Origin: Tubiluchus corallicola
Lineage: Eukaryota; Animalia; Priapulida
Direction: 5' to 3'
NCBI GenBank assembly: GCA_030141605.1
Contig: JAQGDQ010000754.1
Location: 37,634 to 101,633, forward strand
Length of the DNA: 64,000 bases
The position numbers and the translations under genes are program-made. Under the pieces are notes generated by a model. The model was given only the letters and a program-made list of their open reading frames with translations. It ran no database searches and was not told the DNA's origin. Numbering within the stretch: the first letter of the stretch is position 1; every line of letters begins with the position of its first letter. This document shows positions 57,395-64,000 of the stretch, in pieces.

Positions 57395-58323
57395 CCTTAC
57401 CTTAGACCTTAGTCCTTCCTGCGCATTGATGCACATTGGGCAGACAGCATTTTCCACTGAGTTCTATCGGCGGCTTCGTTCTCTACGTTTTCCCAACGTC
57501 TGTTGACAGCTCGAAGGTCTTCTTTGAAGGATCTGCGCCACGTTGTTTTTGGCCGACCTCTTTTTCGTTTCCCACCAGGTGGTTCCCACTGTACTGCTGT
57601 TTTGGCGTAACGACTTTCTGATAGACGGAGAATATGTCCAGCCAGTTTCATTCTTCTCTCTGTAACTATATCTTGTAACCGCAATGACTGCGCTCGTTGA
57701 AGAACTTCTACATTGGTGACATGGTCGCGGTAGGAGATTTTTAGTATCTTTCGAAGGCATTTTTGGTGGAAGACGTTCAGTTTCTTTGATAACTCCGCTG
57801 TGACTTTCCAGGTTTCGCTGGCATAGAGAGCCGTTGGCAGCACAATGGCGTTGTACAGACGAAGTTTGATTTTCATGTCAATTTTCTTGCTTGTCCAGAT
57901 TTTTCCCATCTTCCTAAATACTGCTGTTGCTTTGCCAATTCTCCCCCTGATGTCATTTTCTGTACCTCCATTACAGGTCATCACACTGCCCAGATATGAA
58001 AAACTGGTAACGTTCTTAACCATTTGGCCTCCCACTGTTATATGTACATCATTCTGTTGGTTTGTCCACACTTTCAAAACTTTGGTCTTTTCTTGACTAA
58101 TTCTCAATCCAATTTTTCCCGCTACTTCTTCCATACTTGTGGTCAGTTGTTGCAGGCTTTCTTTTGATGTTTCCAGAAGAGCTATATCGTCAGCAAAGTC
58201 CAGATCTGCCAATCGTTGTTGTTGTTTCCATTGCATTCCTAGATCTTTACCATCAACCGCCTTCTTCATGATGAAATCAATCGTCAGTAGGAACAGGAAT
58301 GGCGACATAATGCAACCCTACCA
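57395..58323 (-). mobile_element. 5'-truncated RTE-clade LINE with 11-bp TSD
   Basis: TSD TTTGCAGTAGT at 57384-57394 and 58324-58334; short (TAAGG)-type 3' tail right after the stop codon. Confidence 0.9.
57409..58308 (-). pseudogene. C-terminal part of an RTE reverse transcriptase ORF
   Basis: GCIMSPFLF...DLDFADDIALL...FSYLGS...LYASETW...GKRKRGRPKTTWRR, the RTE-clade signature; frame still open. Confidence 0.9.
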
Positions 58324-59086
58324 TTTGCAGTAGTAATTGTGTTAAAATGTATGCTTTTATCGGACTTGAATTCGGTCATAGAGCACAACCCAGCCCCCCC
58401 CCCCCCCAAGTCTGCAGCACTGTATATGACGGGATGTACATAATAATTAAATTCAGAACTGTCATTTGTTCGTGAAGTGAAAACTTTGTTAAAAACAGTT
58501 TTCCGGTCCATACTGGGCACTTATACGGACTTCCATCTTCAGAGGGTAATTGAGAAGTCGTCCTTTATCTGAGCTATAGAAATAATCTTAATTTATCCAA
58601 TTATATCATACAATATGCTTAAAGGAAACAAAGATCACCGAATAAAAATGAAAAATTAAAGTCGAGAAAAGCAGAAAGATGGATTTATCTTTATCCGTCT
58701 TTAAATCATGACATGAACTTAGCTAAGCTAACCTAACCCAACCTAATCATTACAAGATTACATGATTACACGATTAATCCAAATCGCTCTAAATTGTCAA
58801 AATAGGAGCACATCTGATGCTCGGTCTTCAAAGAGACATGAGATGCTACAGACGCACACTCCTAGTTTCCGGAATCTCCCGCTGTGTGGTTATTCAAGCG
58901 TGTCGGTTATAATGGCTTCTGGTAGCGTGCACTATAGGACTGAGAATGATTGTACATGATGGAACACATCAAAGTGGGTATTGTTCTCTGCACCCAAGAG
59001 CGAAAGACATGTAACGTCCCATTATTGTTAATCGATTTGCAAAGGTTATGCATTTTACAAAGGGTCACTCAGACTTACTCCAAACG

Positions 59087-59252
59087 GGTGGATCCACGAC
59101 AGTCCAGGGTGGATCCACGACAGTCCAGAGTGGATCCACGACAGTCCAGGGTGGATCCACGACAGTCCAGGGTGGATCCACGACAGTCCAGGGTGGATCC
59201 ACGACAGTCCAGAGTGGATCCACGACAGTCCAGGATGGATCCACGACAGTCC
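59087..59252. repeat. 21-bp minisatellite, 8 copies
   Basis: GGTGGATCCACGACAGTCCAG; contains palindrome GTGGATCCAC. Confidence 0.95.
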
Positions 59253-59785
59253 AAATTAATTTTGCGTAAGCTGATGACAGATTTCCTGGCAATGATTGTT
59301 ACTTACTGAGAATTTAACCAGTGACATCTCTATCATAAACTGTTGATAAGGTCTCAGTCTTTAATTGCATCATCTCTCTAATACGAAACTCTGGGTATAA
59401 AAGTTTAGTGGTATCGACTTGCGCAACCCAATGATACGCTTGGTTGAATTTCACTAATGTCGTGGGAGCATTCACCCTGGCCAGTGCCTAGTTACACGGC
59501 TTCTCAAACTGGACGCCGGTCTTTACTTATCCTGAAGCTTTGGGAAATTGACCAACAGTAGAAGTTTAAATCTTTCATTTTTAATCATGATGCCAATTAA
59601 AAGTTGTAAAAGGTTAGATGTACAAGAGCAAGTCAATTGTTATTATTATTACAAATACAAACTATACTACAGTAAATACAAGTGCTGCCCTCTATTTGTA
59701 GGGCAAAAGTACTTAACATTAAAGACAATGTAACCAGGAGATAAATATGCATATATAGGTTAATATTGAACTGCAGGCGGTACCT

Positions 59786-60134
59786 GGCTGACATGTGGTA
59801 AAACTGCCCAGGTTGGTTCGATACCAGCAGGCGAGGAAGCCAAGCAGTCTATAACTCTTCTAACATCCATCCACGAACATGTGGTAAAACTACCCAGGTT
59901 GGTTCGATACCAGCAGATGAGGAAGCCAAGCAGTCTATAACTCTTCTAACATCCATCCACGAACATGTGGTAAAACTACCCAGGTTGGTTCGATACCAGC
60001 ATACGAGGAAGCCAAGCAGTCTATAACTCTTCTAACATCCATCCACGAACATGAGGTAAAACTGCCCAGGTTGGTTCGATACCAGCAGACGAGGAAGCCA
60101 AGCAGTCTATAACTCTTCTGACATTCATCCACGA
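59786..60134 (+). repeat. 86-bp tandem repeat, 4 copies, with a B-box-like motif
   Basis: ACATG(T/A)GGTAAAAC at 59791, 59877, 59963, 60049; GGTTCGATACC in each unit. Confidence 0.9.
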
Positions 60135-60733
60135 AACAACAGAATGATGTGTGGAAAAAACGACACCTTTAGTGGCAAATTATGTGAAGTAAATTAAAAA
60201 ATAATGATGAAATAGAGTTTGCATCATCGTGGATTTATCTAACTAGACCAGTAACATAGCAGAGACAACCGATTTTATACAGGCCGGATGCATAACCTGG
60301 CTTCAACAGAAACTTACATTTTGCGTGAAAACGGTGTTCAGTACAATATCACAATTTTCTCTATCAGTTAATCTAATAATATTTATATTAGCATGACAAT
60401 TTGACCTTCCCATTTTGACATCATTATAAAGCTTTTACTTTAAACCAAACAGAAGGTCGTCCATTGCTAAATTTATATCAATGGACTATTTTCCAGCAAG
60501 TCAAGGTTGTTAGTGGTCATTTCGTCTAATTAGCTCGTCTATTTAGCTAATTAACGATGTTAACATTAATCAGGCTTACCTGTATTTGATTTAATTAAGG
60601 TGATAATTTGGTAGTTTCCAGCTGTTAATAAAGTTATTTTATTAGTTAACGATTAGTTAGATTTTATGTTTGGTTAGTATTTTGTTTTGTGTTGAAACAT
60701 CTTGAAATCTTAGTATGTTCTAATGTTTTTTAA

Positions 60734-61353
60734 AGGAAGACAGGATGATTTTGCATGTACCCCTTTTCAAGTCCGATAAAAAGATACATTTTAACACGAT
60801 TAATACTACAAAAGCGTTTATGATAATTAAATAATAGATTAAAAACTTAATTAACGGGGGCAGGCCCAGGTAATAACGACATCACAAACTAACGTAATTT
60901 TCAACAGCAAAATTATTCTACGAGCGTGTTGCACGTGTTTGTGAAAGCAAAAATTTAAGTACAGTGCTATTGTTAGATATTTTGTGTGTTGTACTAAAAC
61001 TAGGCAAGCTTTAAGATAAAAATTCAAATTTCAAATTTACCGCTGTGCTCACGCATGAACTGCCGAATGTCTGCAGTTCGTCACAAACTAACACATCCGA
61101 ACTGAAAAAGAGGTAGAGCACCTCTCTTTTGTGCAGCGCGTTTCCGAAATGCATATACTGGTGCCCATCTAACTAGCGAATGACGAAATGCATATAACAG
61201 TCAAGAACTAGTAGCGCCAAGGCAAAATTGTGTTTGTGTGGTAATAATTCTTTCACCTAGGTCATTTTTGAAAAAAAAACAGTATGTTTCCTTTTAATAT
61301 TTTAAAGAGTAGATTGTTTTGACCTACAGTTTAAGATTGGGTTCAGTTTTGCT
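60734..61353 (-). mobile_element. Full-length (~620 bp) Kolobok-like MITE
   Basis: TTAA on both sides (60730-60733, 61354-61357); imperfect TIRs AGGAAGAC / GTTTTGCT with AG termini. Confidence 0.75.
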
Positions 61354-61522
61354 TTAAATTAATGTACATGATTCTTGTATTGCATTAGTGATAATGTTTG
61401 TATCGTATTTTTACGTGATGGTCGCTGATGGAAATGATTTAAATCAAGTTGGATAATAATATAAAATCTGGACGAAACGACCCATAAACTTTTTCGGCAA
61501 ACTGCGCCCAAATTTGGGTTCA

Positions 61523-61980
61523 CCCTTTCATACCCGTTGTATCCCGTGGGATACGAGAATATTTTCTGCCTTTTAAATTAATAAAATTTTAAAACTGACA
61601 GTTATTTGACTGTTAATAGTTATTTTGATTTAAGCCAATAGCAATAGACTAAAAATGGTGATAAAATGGCAAACTAGAAAATCTACATAGCACAAAAAAC
61701 TGTGCAAGGTACAGTACTTTACAGACGACTTTGTACAGATCAGCATAGCATGCATACTAAATGTCTTAAATACTTTAAAAAATTATCAGCAGTTGCAAAA
61801 TGAAGCACATTTTATGCTTCCATTGAATCCCAATGTATCCCGTGGGATACAGGCTATATTTAGCACGCGGGCACAGGTAGAAAAAAATAATTATTATGTG
61901 TAAACAAGATGGACATACTGAACAAAAGTACCAAGCCAAAAAAAATTTTCTTATTAAAAAATAATTTGAGACTGAAAGGG
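61523..61980. mobile_element. piggyBac-like MITE
   Basis: TTCA|CCCTTTCA ... TGAAAGGG|TTAA; internal palindrome GTATCCCGTGGGATAC present twice (about 61539 and 61835). Confidence 0.7.
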
Positions 61981-63887
61981 TTAAAGCTACATACAGACTG
62001 CGAACCATTTTTCAATCGCAGCAGCACGCATTACAAACCTTACTTCATTGCAAAATCAATAGCTAGGATTCGAACAAACAGACAATGCATTGATCAATAC
62101 ATCGCTTTTATTGAACAGTTTCGCACTGCTAGCAAAGCATCTGATATGCAATCGGAGACGTTTGTTTACTTTGATTTAACACGTACGCGAATGAAATGTA
62201 CATCTTTGATGATCGATGATTTTTACCACAAACGTCTTCAGCTGCCGCCGTGGCTCGCTTCGTTAGTTTACACAATAACTCTTTGCACTGTGATTTCAAC
62301 GTGATTACTTATCCAAGCGTCGCTTTAATCAAATTGATAACTAATGTGTTCCCATTACGGCTCATCTGCACAAGTCGACTTCTTTGGCCGCAGTGTAACC
62401 CTTTCCGATTCCCAATAACATTTACATGTTACGTAACCACAAATCATGCCTGCATTCTGCTGGCTTCTCAGTGACTTTATGCCTAATACCTCTCTAAGCA
62501 ATTTCCGGGAATTAAACACGTGACAACTGCAAGTGATTCGCTAACCGCACGAGGAGGATGCACAGTTTCAAACGTGCGTTACCCTTAGATACCGTATTAT
62601 ATACAATGCCAATGTGTACAATTATACATGTACATACAGAATACTATATAACCTACAAAGTTTATAAATCATCAGCACATGAACACTATAAGAAAATTTG
62701 TGCAGTATTAATTGAATAAATGGCTTAAATGAACAAAAAGAAACATAATTTAAAGAAAGAAGAAAATGGTGATGAAAACACAAAAAAATGAAAAAGTGGA
62801 TGGAAGTTATTAATGATCTTGTCTAGATGAAGTATATTATTAATGAGTATATATATATGTATATATATTGTATATGTATATACATTGTACATATATACTG
62901 TATATAGTTTGAACTTTATTTACTTATAATGGAATTACAAAACAGATTATGTTTGAAACAGGTATATCAACGAAGTGGAAATAATATTGTAATACAATGT
63001 ATATATAACATATAACATGCTATATAACATTATGTAGACAGATGAACATAATTAATGTCAATGCTTAAGGTTATATTCATAACTAAAAATTCTTTCTGTG
63101 GTCCTACCTGGCTTCATTCCATTACGTGCTTTCTAAAACGATATTGATGCAGCAGACATTAGACTGATCGAACTGGTTACGTTTGCAATCAGAAGTATAG
63201 ATCGAGTCCGTACTGGAGGCCTTTACATTCGGGCAAACAATGGAATGTCATTACAACCGGTCGTTTTCAGAATATTGTGTTTGTTCAGAGGTATAAAGCC
63301 AGTTTGCTCAGTAGTATGGCGCCAGCGAAATGAAACCATTCCGGACAAAAAAATGAACATAGGAAGACCGCTATAGAGCCAGCGTAGAATGGCAACCATG
63401 TTGACACAGTAAATCATTATCCACACCCATACGAAGTGTCGTCGTGTGTAATGAACGTGTCCTCGAGTGTATAGCACACTTGACCTTGATTGTAAGCCAC
63501 TTGCCACTTGCCGTTTGCGTGCATTTTCCGTTTTCGATTTCTTTATCGTATAAGGGTATCGTATGAGTCACGAGTCTTTTATTAGTTTACCATATAATAA
63601 TTATTATCCAGTGGATTAAAAACTGAGCTAATCGTGTAGCCTCAAGTTGCTTGATTTCTTTCTAGTTACAAGTTGACGTTTCTTATTCAAGGGACGCCTC
63701 CGGACCAGAAAAAACCGTATATACGAAGATTTTTACATACGAAAAATCACGACCTGTGTTGGCAGTTCCTTATAAGCGAGTGTCCCTACTAAGTGAGAAC
63801 CTTATACCCGATGTTGACTGTAACAACGTAATATATATACCAATGTAAATGGTACTACTTACCCTATTTTATTACATGTAATGCAAT

Positions 63888-63911
63888 CATATACATACAT
63901 ACATACATACA

Positions 63912-63983
<72 letters not shown>

Positions 63984-63985
63984 GA
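63888..63985. repeat. (ATAC)n/(AT)n microsatellite
   Basis: Direct reading. Confidence 0.95.
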
Positions 63986-64000
63986 TATGTAGACTTATAC

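Larger units (their letters stand above)
56851..58370 (+). mobile_element. Kolobok-like MITE copy interrupted by an RTE insertion
   Basis: TTAA|AGCAAAAC start; homology to the 53157 copy stops at 57394 and resumes at 58324-58370. Confidence 0.8.

Noticed and set aside
59790-60134. HDV-like ribozyme on the minus strand (GGCTTCCTCGCC)
   Set aside because: The L3/P3 pattern is not kept across the four units and P1/P2 partners could not be placed.

Overview
AT-rich, repeat-dense animal genomic DNA, probably from an invertebrate; no prokaryotic genes are visible. The only recognisable host coding sequence is the first coding exon (6397-6647, +) of a T-type voltage-gated calcium channel (Cav3, CACNA1G/H/I-type). 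It ends at a U12-type AT-AC donor (ATATCCTTT). I could not find exon 2 by eye, so the rest of the window (at least 57 kb) appears to be one giant minor-spliceosome intron. That intron holds a near-full-length two-ORF non-LTR retrotransposon (Proto2/RTEX-like, LMDD catalytic motif) whose ORF2 lacks an early AUG and overlaps ORF1 in the -1 frame at U-UUU-UUG. It also holds a 5'-truncated RTE with an 11-bp TSD nested in a Kolobok-like MITE, several LINE 3' remnants, hAT-, Kolobok- and piggyBac-like MITEs (further hAT- and pogo-like MITEs lie upstream of the exon), long microsatellites and about 20 unrelated minisatellite arrays. Two of those arrays amplify a 5S rRNA internal-promoter-like segment. 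Most ORFs in the supplied track are repeat artefacts. Family assignments come from motif recognition only, with no database searches, and repeat boundaries are approximate.
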